From: a virus
Length of the DNA: 37,850 bases
Reading direction: 5' to 3' (one strand)
Virus genome (UHGV): UHGV-0195539
The position numbers were made by a program, and so were the translations under genes. Shown piece by piece: positions 1 to 9,419 of this stretch. Position 1 is the first letter of the stretch. Each line of letters starts with the position of its first letter. The notes under the pieces were generated by a model. The model was not told the DNA's origin. It ran no database searches and saw nothing but the letters and a program-made list of their open reading frames with translations.

Positions 1-134
1 TTACACTGCAAGAACGCCGCAAATTCTGACCACATGATGTTAAGTCTGAACTCACACGGCGAACGGTGTATCATCCAGATGGCCAACAACATGGTTAAGC
101 ATAAAATGCTCACGATGATCGTTTTTTGCGGCAT
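1..134 (-). CDS. hypothetical small membrane protein, N-terminal part only (runs off window start)
   Basis: ATG at 134..132 preceded by AAAGGAG-type SD; frame open to window edge; begins MPQKTIIVSILCLTMLLAIWMI. Absent from ORF track because no stop in window. Confidence 0.3.
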   Translation of the reverse strand, partial: MPQKTIIVSILCLTMLLAIWMIHRSPCEFRLNIMWSEFAAFLQC

Positions 135-268
135 AGCGCTTGACTCCTTTTACAGGGAGGCGCTAACCTTCCACTTGTCTAGGGTAGGAATGGTTAGGGC
201 CTCGGGTTAAACAATATGTTTGACTCGGGGCCTTTCCACATCCGGCCTTCAGGTTTTCCTTCCAGCCG

Positions 269-571
269 TCAGCCGAAAGGCACCCGCGCGTAATGTACTG
301 GTTTTAAAGCCATACCGCAATCCTCCAGTTGTAGCGTTAACTGACTGCGTCCCTGATGGGATTTGCGCATTGTCTCCCGTGGAATATCTTTATCGTGGAA
401 GATCAACTGAGGCTGGCCAATAATTCTGTGCACACTTTCCATTGTTGAAAATGTGGCGCTGCACTCAAGGTTATTGCACTGATAGTATTTGTAGCGGATG
501 GTGCCGGTATCATTGGCGGCTTTACTGGTACGGATCCGGGCAGATGCGCCGCAGAATGGACAATGAAACAT
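269..571 (-). CDS. ogr: Ogr/Delta-family zinc-finger late transcription activator
   Basis: Internal Met of track ORF 269..646 starts MFHCPFCG...YYQCNNLECSATF, the Cys4 Ogr signature. About 100 aa, longer than the 72-aa P2 Ogr. Confidence 0.85.
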   Translation of the reverse strand: MFHCPFCGASARIRTSKAANDTGTIRYKYYQCNNLECSATFSTMESVHRIIGQPQLIFHDKDIPRETMRKSHQGRSQLTLQLEDCGMALKPVHYARVPFG

Positions 572-615
572 TGATATACCCCCCTGGCTGAACTGGGGTT
601 GAACTCGTCGCCATT

Positions 616-1740
616 CTAACCATTGCTTTCCTTTTCGGCTATCCACTCGGGTATTCTTGCCTCCAGTTCAAGCCTTGTGGTGAAGCCGCTTCCGTCGATA
701 TTGTGTTCCACTTTTGCAATGAGCCAGTCCTGATTGTCTATTTCGGTTTTAAAGCCGGTTACCGTGCCATGCATTTCAGGGTAAAGCTCCGCTCTGCCCC
801 GGGCCAGCGTGATGGAGAATTCAGCCGCACCGCGCTGTAATTGCTGCCACCTGGCGGCAGCTGCGCGCTGTGCAGCAATTTCATTTGGGTAGGTTTTTCT
901 CAGAACGAACACGTTACCTTCTGCCCCCTCCATGTAGCTGCCTTCCCGGCTGCTGCTCTTTTCAGCGTGAGTTTTTCGTTTTTTTATGTTGACGGCTTTC
1001 TTTTTGCCATGATTCAAATCCAGCCAGTACGCCTTCACCCCTGTGTATGCCTGGCGATCGGCTATTCTGAACTGGTGACTGTCTCCGTCACTGCGTGCCA
1101 GTGCAAATGAGGGGAGTGGGCGCCCGTCAGCTGTCACGCCGCCACCCGGCAGAATGAACAGCAGACAGCCATTTTTGACGGTAGTGATGGCTCCCAGCAT
1201 ATCAGCCATGCGGGTAAGGAATGACATGTCGCTTTCTTCCGTCTGGTCGGCATGATCGATTTCAATATCCATAAGCATATCGCTTATCTGGGCTTTCAGT
1301 CCGTAACGGTGGGCAATAGCGGAAACCACGCGTTCAACAGTCACGTCGTGCCAGGATACTTCCCGTTTGACGTTAAATTCCTCCCTGAAGTCTGCGCTGT
1401 TTGCACTCAGTGTCAGCCGATCCGGAGGTCCTTCATGAGCGACCTCATCAACAATGTAGGTGCCTTTATCAACCAGAGGTTCTCCCTTCCATCCCAGCAT
1501 GACTCTGATGTGTGTTCCCCGCCCGGGGAGAGCCAGCTGCCCGTCGGCATCATCCAGCACAAGAGTGACCCTGTCTGCTTCAAACCCCCGGTTGTCTGTC
1601 ATGGAAAGCGATATCACCCGGTTACTCAGTTCCTGAAGTGTGTTTTTATCCTGCTCCCTGTCCAGTGAAACGCTGAAATCAGGCATTTTCACCAGTTCTT
1701 TCAGGGGGGAATAAACCGTGTTACCGTTCAGCAATACCAT
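616..1740 (-). CDS. D: phage tail protein D (late control gene D family)
   Basis: Motifs DNRGFEAD, GWKGE, LVDKG, AEFSI, GSGFTT recalled from P2 gpD. Start set at internal Met (MVLLNGN) with GGAGG SD. Confidence 0.85.
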   Translation of the reverse strand: MVLLNGNTVYSPLKELVKMPDFSVSLDREQDKNTLQELSNRVISLSMTDNRGFEADRVTLVLDDADGQLALPGRGTHIRVMLGWKGEPLVDKGTYIVDEVAHEGPPDRLTLSANSADFREEFNVKREVSWHDVTVERVVSAIAHRYGLKAQISDMLMDIEIDHADQTEESDMSFLTRMADMLGAITTVKNGCLLFILPGGGVTADGRPLPSFALARSDGDSHQFRIADRQAYTGVKAYWLDLNHGKKKAVNIKKRKTHAEKSSSREGSYMEGAEGNVFVLRKTYPNEIAAQRAAAARWQQLQRGAAEFSITLARGRAELYPEMHGTVTGFKTEIDNQDWLIAKVEHNIDGSGFTTRLELEARIPEWIAEKESNG

Positions 1741-1894
1741 AATTCCTCCGTTTTTCCCGCCACAGTTGCATACCAGAAACACCACCGGAATGAGTTTGGG
1801 TTGTATGTGTATTGCGAGAAACCGCAGTTCGTGAAAAAGCTCCCCGTGTTCGTAAAGATCTCTGCTGAACTCACACGAATGCATGGTGAATAAT

Positions 1895-3082
1895 ATGGCT
1901 GAAACCCGTTTCCATGGCGTGCGGGTCCGGGAGAATGCGGATCTGGTCACGGCCATTAATGATATTGACTCCAGTGTGATTGGTATCGTGGCTGTTGCTG
2001 ATGATGCTGATGCAAAAACATTTCCGCTGGATAAGCCGGTGCTCCTGACGCGCGTTATGGATGTGCTGGGTAAGGCCGGGAAAACCGGCACGCTGTACAA
2101 AAGTCTGAAAGCTATTGCCGATCAGGTCAGCACCAGAGTTGTTGTGGTGCGGGTTGCTGCTGCGAAGGAGGGGGATGGTCAGCCGACACAAACGCAGCTT
2201 GTTATTGGTGAGGTCAAAAATGACGGAACCTATACAGGCATGCAGGCGCTCCTGGTGGCTGAACAGAATGAGGCTGTTGGTGTTCGTCCCAGGATCCTGG
2301 CTGTGCCATCGCTTGACACCAAAGAGGTGGTGGCGGCACTGGTAACCGTCGCGAAAAAGCTGCGTGCCTTTGTGTATGCGGGCTGTCCCGGCTGTAATAC
2401 CGTGCAGGAGGCTGTCACCTGGCGCGCCGATCTTGCTCACCGTGAAGTTATGCTGATCTGGCCTGATTTTATCGCGTACAACCCTAACAGTGGCCAGAAT
2501 GAGGCTTTTCCTGCATCTGCGTATGCGTGCGGGTTGCGTGCGAAGATTGACCACGAGCAGGGCTGGCATAAATCCCTGTCCAATGTGGCAGTGAATAATG
2601 TCCTGGGTATTTCTGTGCCGGTGTTCTGGTCGCTCCAGGCAGAGGACAGTGACGCGGAAACCCTCAATGACAAGGAGATCACGACACTCATTAAACGTAA
2701 CGGCTTCCGTTTCTGGGGTAACCGGACTCTCGACACCACTACCTACACCTTTGAGACCTACACGCGTACGGCGCAGTCGCTGGCGGATACCATCGCCGAA
2801 TCGCAGTTTGAAACCGTGGACAAGCCGCTGACGCCGTCGAACGTGAAGGATGTGTTAAGCGATATCCGGGCAAAACTGAGTGCCTTTGTGACAGCGGGTA
2901 AACTTATCGGGGCAGAGTGCTGGTATGACGTGGTGGATAACGGCACAACGGATCTGCGTCAGGGGGTTGTGCGCATTCGCTACAAGTATACGCCGGTGCC
3001 ACCGCTTGAAGATCTTGAGCTTCACCAGACGTTTACCGATGAATTCTTTGCGGGTGCATTTGCATCACTGGGAGGTGAGTAA
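1895..3082 (+). CDS. FI: contractile tail sheath protein FI
   Basis: N-terminus HGVRV, FPLDKPVLL, GTL, and LRAF, PDF, KIDHEQGWHKSLSNV, NRT, YTPVPPLEDL match P2 FI. Second in-frame ATG chosen for GGTGA SD; stop overlaps FII start (TAATG). Confidence 0.9.
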   Translation: MAETRFHGVRVRENADLVTAINDIDSSVIGIVAVADDADAKTFPLDKPVLLTRVMDVLGKAGKTGTLYKSLKAIADQVSTRVVVVRVAAAKEGDGQPTQTQLVIGEVKNDGTYTGMQALLVAEQNEAVGVRPRILAVPSLDTKEVVAALVTVAKKLRAFVYAGCPGCNTVQEAVTWRADLAHREVMLIWPDFIAYNPNSGQNEAFPASAYACGLRAKIDHEQGWHKSLSNVAVNNVLGISVPVFWSLQAEDSDAETLNDKEITTLIKRNGFRFWGNRTLDTTTYTFETYTRTAQSLADTIAESQFETVDKPLTPSNVKDVLSDIRAKLSAFVTAGKLIGAECWYDVVDNGTTDLRQGVVRIRYKYTPVPPLEDLELHQTFTDEFFAGAFASLGGE

Positions 3083-3591
3083 TGGCGGTACCAAACAAAC
3101 TTCGCGTTTTCACGGTGTACATCGATGGCGAAAACAAGCTGGGGCGGGTGACGTCCTTCACGTCGCCTAAACTGACCCGAAAAACGGAGTCCTTCCGTGG
3201 TGCCGGGATGCCCGGCAGTGTTTCCGTCGACTTTGGTCTTGATGATGGTGCACTGGATCTCTCTTTTGCGGTAGGCGGCGCAGATGCCCACCTTTTCTCC
3301 CGTTATGCCGGGTCACTTGATGAAGTCCGTCTTCGCTTTTCCGGTGAGTACTATTCGGATGCGGATATCAGATATGTGGATATTGAGGTCCGTGGGCGCA
3401 TCACTGAAATCGATATGGGGGAGGCGAAGCAGGGTGAAGACACTGAGCACAGTTATTCGATGAAAAACACCTGGTACAGACTGAGCGTGGATGATCGGGA
3501 AAAAATCGAATTTGATGTGCTGAATTTTATCTGGCGCATTGACGGTAAGGATGTGCTGCCGGATCGCACCCGCTCGATGCTGGGCTTCTGA
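3082..3591 (+). CDS. FII: tail tube protein FII
   Basis: 169-aa ORF directly after the sheath gene; size and position are typical of P2 FII. Confidence 0.85.
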   Translation: MAVPNKLRVFTVYIDGENKLGRVTSFTSPKLTRKTESFRGAGMPGSVSVDFGLDDGALDLSFAVGGADAHLFSRYAGSLDEVRLRFSGEYYSDADIRYVDIEVRGRITEIDMGEAKQGEDTEHSYSMKNTWYRLSVDDREKIEFDVLNFIWRIDGKDVLPDRTRSMLGF

Positions 3592-3609
3592 TTATTGTTT
3601 AACAGAGAA

Positions 3610-3626
3610 CGGCGGGGATCCCGCCG
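3610..3626 (+). terminator. GC-rich stem-loop between tail tube and chaperone genes (possible attenuator)
   Basis: Inverted repeat CGGCGGG-GAT-CCCGCCG seen directly; no U-tract follows, so probably not a full terminator. Confidence 0.3.
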
Positions 3627-3638
3627 TGGAGACTGAAA

Positions 3639-4028
3639 ATGGATAAAGAAACGGAAATGACCACTGACACTGCCGTCAGTAACGGGGAGGCTTCCGCGGT
3701 GGCGGTTGCCGCTACGGCTGCACCTAAGAACGTGGTGAAGCTGACGGTGCCTGTTGTGCGCGGAGATGTGTCGTACAGTGAAATTAAAATCGGTCCGCTG
3801 GCGAATCAGGCCGGATCGCTGCGTGGGCTGTCTTTGCTTGCGCTTTATAATATGAACTGTGATGCCATGGTCACCTGGCTTGCGCGTGTGACAGAGCCAA
3901 AACTCAAGGAGGCCGAAATGTATGCCATGAATGTGGCGGATTTTACGGCGCTGAGCTCGGCGGCGGTTAATTTTTTCGCACCCTCGGGGTCGAATGCACC
4001 GGCACCGGAGAACACGGCAGAGCCGTAA
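3639..4028 (+). CDS. E: tail assembly chaperone E
   Basis: 129-aa ORF between tube and tape-measure genes with GGAGA SD; contains a slippery heptamer near its 3' end. Confidence 0.8.
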   Translation: MDKETEMTTDTAVSNGEASAVAVAATAAPKNVVKLTVPVVRGDVSYSEIKIGPLANQAGSLRGLSLLALYNMNCDAMVTWLARVTEPKLKEAEMYAMNVADFTALSSAAVNFFAPSGSNAPAPENTAEP

Positions 4029-4186
4029 CCTGTCTTTGCTTTGACTGCATTGAAGATCCCGTTGCGGATATTGCTGTTATTTTTAACTGGCCGCCCGCAG
4101 AGATATTTGCAATGACGCCTGCAGAGGTGGTCGCCTGGCGTGAGCGGGCGGCTGCCAGAAGCGGAAGTCACAATCATGATGAATAA
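3639..4186 (+). CDS. tail assembly chaperone E+E', predicted programmed -1 frameshift product
   Basis: Heptamer T TTT TTC at about 3971..3977 in the E frame; the -1 frame then stays open for about 70 codons to TAA at 4184..4186, overlapping the start of T. Confidence 0.5.
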
Positions 4187-6968
4187 TCTGCATATCAGGG
4201 TTGCTCTGGCGGCGGCAGACACCCTGACACAACCTCTCAGGCGCGCCCGCGAAACCGTGGGCGCGCTTTCTGATTCCCTCCGTGAAACTCAGGACTCCAT
4301 CCGCTCGCTTGAACGGCAGAGTGAAGCCTTTGCTGCGGCACAGACTAAATTTGACGAAGCCACCCGGAAAATTGCCGCTGTTCAGCAGCAACTGAACCGT
4401 CTGCAGCAGGCGGAGCGTGAGGGTACCGTGCTCAGTGAACGGCAGCGTGAAATGATGGCTTCGCTGACCACCCGGCTTGAACGTCTGAACCGGGTGAGGG
4501 ATGTACATCAGCGACGCCTGGAGGATTCACGCCGGGAGCTGGAGAGACACGGTATTGCCGCAGAGGGCAGCAGTCAGACCATACAGGCAGCCATTCGCCG
4601 GACGGCAGAGTATAACGAAGAGCTGGCGCGACAGCGGCAGGCGCTCGCACAGGTGACCCGTGCACAGCAACGCTATGAACAGGCGCAGGAGCGACTCGGG
4701 CGGATACGTAATGCCGGTGCGGCGGCACTGGCTGCCGGTGCAGCAGGACTTTACGCTGGCGGGCGTGCTGTTGCGCCGGTGATGGATCTCCAGCGTCATG
4801 GTGCCGTCATTGCGGCTCAGGCAGGAGAGGGCGCGTCAGATGCCGTGGGGTATACCGGGGTTATAAACCACATGGTTCATACCGGTATCACACCGGATGC
4901 ACAACTGGCGGCTGAAGCTGTGGGTGCTGTCCGCTCCACTCTGGGTGGGCTGGGGGCGGTTAGTGAGAATGAACTGACCCGAATCACCCGAAAAATGCTG
5001 GATATGCAGGCCGTGATGGGGGGCGATATCCCGCAGCACATTCAGGCGGCTGCCATCATGATCAAAAACGGTCTTGCACGCAGCAGTGACGAGGCGGTTG
5101 ATCTGATGGTGGCGGGCATGCAGCGCATGGGGCCGGTTATGCGCGATGAGCTGCCTGAGATCCTTCACGAGTATTCGACCCATTTTCGTAACATGGGGCT
5201 GACAGGGTCGGAAACCATGACGCTCCTTGCGGATATGGCGCAGCAGGGGAAGTTTGCGCTGGATAAAACCGGCGATGCCATCAAGGAGTTCAGTATTCGC
5301 GGCTCCGATATGTCAAAGGCGAGTGCTGAAGCGTATGCGCTTATCGGGCTGGATGCAGCCAGGATGTCATCGGCTGTAGCCAGTGGTGGAACGGCTGCAC
5401 GGGCTGCGCTGCAGAAAACAGCCTCGGGTCTGTTGCAGATCGTCGATCCGGCTGAGCGGGCCAATGCGGCCATCGCACTTTTTGGTACACCGGTTGAAGA
5501 TCTGTCTGTCGATCAAATCCCTGCCTTTCTTGGCGCGCTGGCGCGGGTGTCTGACCGTATGGCTGACGTGTCTGGTGTGGCGGACCGGATGGGGCAAACC
5601 CTGCGTGACAATCTGAGTGGTGATGTGGCGCGGCTTACCGGGACGTTCAGCGCGCTGAGAAGTGGGATTATCGGGGAGATTACGGACGATCTGCGTGGGC
5701 TTGTCCGGATGGCCACAGCGTGGGGTGAGCGTCTGCAGGCGTGGGTGAATGCGCATCCGGAACTGGTGCGAATGATTGCGCTGACGACGGGAGCGGTGCT
5801 GGCGTTAACCACAGCGATGGGGGCGTTGTCCGTTGCGGCCTGGATGGTTGTCGCACCGTTACTGAAACTGCGTCTGGGGCTTGCCCTGCTTCGCGCGATC
5901 CCGGCCGGACTCTCTGTTGCCGGTACGCTGTTTGGCGGACTGACGGGTGTGATTTCAGCCGTGGGGGCTGCGCTGGGGGCGCTGACCTGGCCGGTTGTGG
6001 TGGCGGTGGGAGCCCTGGTCGGTGGTGCTCTGCTGATCTGGCGCTACTGGGATCGGGTCAGGGCGTTTGTGAGCGGATTTATTGAAGGGGTACAGTCAGC
6101 ACTGGCGCCCTTCATGGCGACAGCCTCCCGTTTTGCGCCGCTGCTGGATCTGGTTTCAGGGGCACTGTCCCGTATTCTGGGATGGTTTAAATCCCTGTTA
6201 ACGCCAGTCTCCTCCACGCGTGATTTGCTTGAGCAGTGCACCTCTGCCGGGCAGACGTTCGGGAGCTCTCTGGCCGGTGCGTTAGCCACGGTTTTTTCGC
6301 CCCTGAAAGCTCTGATTGACGGTCTGGCGTGGGTGCTGGAAAAACTCGGTGTTCTGCCCGGTGAAGCTGAGCGGGTTAAGCGAAAACTGGATGAGGCCCG
6401 TAAAACGCCGGTGGCATGGGAGTGGGATCCGGAACAGAAAAAAATGGTTCAGAAGGCGTGGCACTGGTCGCCTCCTGGTGGGGCCAGTGTGCCTTCCGGC
6501 GCCTCCGGTACACAGCCTCCGCCGGTGGCGCTCCCTGCGGGGATAGCGCCGGACGGTAACCGTAACGTTCTCCGTCACCTGAAAGGCATTGAGGGGAATA
6601 CCGGTGGTCTGCTGGCTGAAAACCGTAAACGTATCGGACCCGGAGATATTGTGTTTAAACATCTTCCACGGGCGCTGGCGGTCCGGGGGCAGTGGCATGA
6701 ACCTGTCGTTGCGCCGTCTTCCGGCGGAATGCGCGCGCTGCCACAGGAGGAGATTCAGGTGCAGCAATGGCCGACGGCACGCCCGGCGCCACGAATGCAC
6801 CAGCAGGAAACCTTCGCCAGCGCCTTTCAGGGGGAGATACATGTGCATCTTCACGGGGTGAGTTCGCATAATCCCCGGGAACTGGCGCGCATGGTTGGTG
6901 ACGCTGTCAGGGCGGAAATGAACAGAATGGCACGTGCCGGAACCGGCAGCTTCCGCGATCGCGACTGA
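4140..6968 (+). CDS. T: tail tape measure protein T
   Basis: 942-aa ORF with coiled-coil N-terminal region, central Ala/Gly-rich hydrophobic segments and P2 tail gene position. GTG start with GAGGTG SD; ATG at 4176 is an alternative. Confidence 0.85.
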   Translation: MSGRLPEAEVTIMMNNLHIRVALAAADTLTQPLRRARETVGALSDSLRETQDSIRSLERQSEAFAAAQTKFDEATRKIAAVQQQLNRLQQAEREGTVLSERQREMMASLTTRLERLNRVRDVHQRRLEDSRRELERHGIAAEGSSQTIQAAIRRTAEYNEELARQRQALAQVTRAQQRYEQAQERLGRIRNAGAAALAAGAAGLYAGGRAVAPVMDLQRHGAVIAAQAGEGASDAVGYTGVINHMVHTGITPDAQLAAEAVGAVRSTLGGLGAVSENELTRITRKMLDMQAVMGGDIPQHIQAAAIMIKNGLARSSDEAVDLMVAGMQRMGPVMRDELPEILHEYSTHFRNMGLTGSETMTLLADMAQQGKFALDKTGDAIKEFSIRGSDMSKASAEAYALIGLDAARMSSAVASGGTAARAALQKTASGLLQIVDPAERANAAIALFGTPVEDLSVDQIPAFLGALARVSDRMADVSGVADRMGQTLRDNLSGDVARLTGTFSALRSGIIGEITDDLRGLVRMATAWGERLQAWVNAHPELVRMIALTTGAVLALTTAMGALSVAAWMVVAPLLKLRLGLALLRAIPAGLSVAGTLFGGLTGVISAVGAALGALTWPVVVAVGALVGGALLIWRYWDRVRAFVSGFIEGVQSALAPFMATASRFAPLLDLVSGALSRILGWFKSLLTPVSSTRDLLEQCTSAGQTFGSSLAGALATVFSPLKALIDGLAWVLEKLGVLPGEAERVKRKLDEARKTPVAWEWDPEQKKMVQKAWHWSPPGGASVPSGASGTQPPPVALPAGIAPDGNRNVLRHLKGIEGNTGGLLAENRKRIGPGDIVFKHLPRALAVRGQWHEPVVAPSSGGMRALPQEEIQVQQWPTARPAPRMHQQETFASAFQGEIHVHLHGVSSHNPRELARMVGDAVRAEMNRMARAGTGSFRDRD

Positions 6969-6978
6969 GGTGAAAAAG

Positions 6979-7470
6979 ATGATGATGATTTATGGGATGT
7001 TTGTGTTTCAGTTAAGTACCCTGCCGCATCAGCAGGTGGAACAGAGTAAACGCTGGCGACACGTCAGTAATGAACGGGTTAACCGTTCATCCTCCTGGCA
7101 GTATATTGGCTCTGGTGAAGATCACATCACGATGTCCGGTGTGCTCTGTCCGGAAATCACCGGCGGGGAGGTGTCACTGACTGCCCTGAACACCCTGGCC
7201 TACACAGGATTACCCTGGCCACTGATTGATGGTGTCGGACAGATTTACGGGATGTATGTCATTACGGAAATCAGGACCACCCGTCAGGAGCTGGATCGCT
7301 ATGGCATGGCCCGCAAAATTGAGTTCACTGTCAGCTTTCAGCGATGCAATGAAGATCTGCGTGAGCGTCTTCAGTCGGGCTCGGTGGGTGATCTGATGGC
7401 AGGATTAAAAAACAGCGCGTCGTCGGCCCTGTCGTCGGCGTCCTCTGCGCTGTCTGGTCTCATGTTGTGA
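6979..7470 (+). CDS. U: tail protein U
   Basis: Starts MMMIYGMFVF after GAGGTG SD, abutting the T stop; 163 aa; gpU-like by position and size. Confidence 0.8.
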   Translation: MMMIYGMFVFQLSTLPHQQVEQSKRWRHVSNERVNRSSSWQYIGSGEDHITMSGVLCPEITGGEVSLTALNTLAYTGLPWPLIDGVGQIYGMYVITEIRTTRQELDRYGMARKIEFTVSFQRCNEDLRERLQSGSVGDLMAGLKNSASSALSSASSALSGLML

Positions 7471-7480
7471 AGGTCACTGT

Positions 7481-8068
7481 TCAGGCTTCGGCTTCTTTTC
7501 CCCAGCCAACCTTATAGTCCAGAATCGCCGCCGTATCGTTCAGGGCGGCGATCTCTTTTTTCATGTTACGCTGGCGAATGTGAATTTCCATCCCTTTGGC
7601 AAACAGGGCTTTTGCGGCTGCATCGCTGAGGGCAATCAGCTCATCAGCAGAAACAGGAACATCGTTGTTCTGTGCATCAGTCCAGAAAAAATCCAGCGGC
7701 AGGATCCCCGCTTTTGCGGCAGCAACGGAAGGCTCAAGGCGGGCCTGCGTTGACTTCCCGTAGTCCCATTTCCTGCCGTTATGTTCAAAGGTGTAACTCG
7801 CCGCTTCCATCGCATTACGCCAGGCGTTGATTTCGTCGTTTTTCAGGCGTCTGGCGTTTTCCCTGTCAGTGTCGTTTTCCTGGTATTCAGATACAGGGCC
7901 GTGATTTCCTGCTTTCAGTTCGCCCCAGAGTTTTTTGCCGTGTGGCGAGTTGTCATATTCGGTTGCCGTATAGGGCAGCCAGCTCTCCTCCCCTTCAAAC
8001 TGGATCTCACAGTCGATAGTGCCGTCACGGTTATAAGCGGCATTTCTTGCTGATTTGATTGTGTGCAT
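7481..8068 (-). CDS. G: tail fiber assembly protein G
   Basis: 195-aa ORF immediately downstream of the tail fiber gene on the same strand; Tfa/gpG-like. Confidence 0.75.
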   Translation of the reverse strand: MHTIKSARNAAYNRDGTIDCEIQFEGEESWLPYTATEYDNSPHGKKLWGELKAGNHGPVSEYQENDTDRENARRLKNDEINAWRNAMEAASYTFEHNGRKWDYGKSTQARLEPSVAAAKAGILPLDFFWTDAQNNDVPVSADELIALSDAAAKALFAKGMEIHIRQRNMKKEIAALNDTAAILDYKVGWGKEAEA

Positions 8069-8079
8069 GAGTCTCTCCG

Positions 8080-9417
8080 TCAGGCAATGCGCTCAAATAT
8101 TCCGATTCCTGCGCCTGCATAAATGTCAGCGCAGGCCCGCCACGTGCCCGGTGGCCTGCGGTTTGTGTTCCAGTTTTGCATGGATTCACGGGGGCCGAAG
8201 TTGCCTTCGGAATGAGTCAGGCTTATCAGTCTGAGTTTACTGCCCGGGCGGGTGTTTCCGGCCGTTATATCAATTTTGGCTGGCCACTCCCCTTCGGCAT
8301 CCGTTGCCGCCAGAATAAAGCTGCCCACATCCCAGAGTGTCCGCTGTGTTTTTGCCTGTGCAGCCTCCAGTGCTTGCCGTGCTTTCTGCCCGGCGTTTTC
8401 TGCTGCCGTCATGGCCGTCTTCACAGCTTTTGGTGTGGCAGCCAGCACTTCACTGTCACTGTCCGTTGCGCTGCTTAGCTGAACAATACCTCGCTCTGTC
8501 AGGGAGGCATCGCCGGTCTGCGTGAGGGGGAGTATGGCAACCTCCTTCCATTCAGACCATGGCCCGTTGCCGGTGAAGTTACCTGTCACTGTCCGGATAA
8601 ATTTTCGTGGTGGATTCCAGGCGGTGTATTCCTGCTGGCAGAATCCCCATGCGCCCATCCTGATGGATAATGATCCGGCTGATGTTACCGGGTAGTGATG
8701 TGCTGTAGTGGCGCCGTTGTTGTTGGGCTGATAGTAGTCACCATGATGTTCAGGTCTCCCCAGTGTATTCAGATCCACGGCGAGGGGGGCTGTTGGTCTT
8801 GTTACTGTCAGCGCCTTAAGTGCTTTTATTGCTTTGGGTGTGGCTGCCCGGGTTTCATCATCACTGTCGGTTTCACTACTGAGCTGAGTAAATCCTTTAC
8901 TGGTGGTTGTGGCATCCGGGTGTTTACCGTTTTGTTCATGCTGCTTTATCATTTCTGCCACGCCAGCCTGTGTTGCCATGGTGGTTGATGAGTCGGCTGT
9001 CAGATTTACAGAGGCTTCGTTGCTCAGCAGAATCACCATGCGGAATACCTGTTCTCTGCCTGAGCCCTCATCAAGCTGCGGTTTGTAACCTTCCGCAACA
9101 TTACCTACGGCGATGAGTGTGCCTTTGCTGTCAAACAGACCGATTTCGCGGATCCAGAATCCTCCTTCATTCGCAGGAATGATCACTTCGGCGGTTAAAA
9201 AACTGGTGTTTTCCGCGTCACGGCTGACCCTGCTGACCTCGCCCCGCCAGACCTCTTTAACGAGAGCGGTTTGCGTGGCCAGTGGTTCTGTGGGTTTACC
9301 GTTACCGTCTCCGACGGCGATATGTGTCAGCGTGATCTTTTCTCCATCCGGTAACACCGCAGCTGCGAGGGCTGCTGTGCCGGCATTTGTGATAATGGTT
9401 TTGTATTTTGCGGCCAT
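8080..9417 (-). CDS. H: tail fiber protein H
   Basis: N-terminus MAAKYKTIITNAGTAALAAA, LIAVGNVAEGYKPQ, GFTQLSS and the repeated LAATPKAVK motif match the P2 gpH N-terminal region; C-terminal half differs. Second Met chosen for SD spacing. Confidence 0.85.
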   Translation of the reverse strand: MAAKYKTIITNAGTAALAAAVLPDGEKITLTHIAVGDGNGKPTEPLATQTALVKEVWRGEVSRVSRDAENTSFLTAEVIIPANEGGFWIREIGLFDSKGTLIAVGNVAEGYKPQLDEGSGREQVFRMVILLSNEASVNLTADSSTTMATQAGVAEMIKQHEQNGKHPDATTTSKGFTQLSSETDSDDETRAATPKAIKALKALTVTRPTAPLAVDLNTLGRPEHHGDYYQPNNNGATTAHHYPVTSAGSLSIRMGAWGFCQQEYTAWNPPRKFIRTVTGNFTGNGPWSEWKEVAILPLTQTGDASLTERGIVQLSSATDSDSEVLAATPKAVKTAMTAAENAGQKARQALEAAQAKTQRTLWDVGSFILAATDAEGEWPAKIDITAGNTRPGSKLRLISLTHSEGNFGPRESMQNWNTNRRPPGTWRACADIYAGAGIGIFERIA

Positions 9418-9419
9418 CA

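Noticed and set aside
1-268. Direct repeat of the right-end att-like core at the left end of the window
   Set aside because: No convincing shared stretch of 12 bp or more found by eye between 1..268 and 36493..36790; the left attachment site may lie outside the window.
1741-1894. Ogr-dependent late promoter for FI or D in the divergent FI/D intergenic region
   Set aside because: Only an imperfect TGT-N12-ACC element found at about 1806..1823; not strong enough to annotate.
4432-6869. Multiple minus-strand ORFs of 80-195 aa within the tape measure gene
   Set aside because: Antisense frames of a GC-rich, repeat-poor gene; Arg/Pro-rich junk translations.
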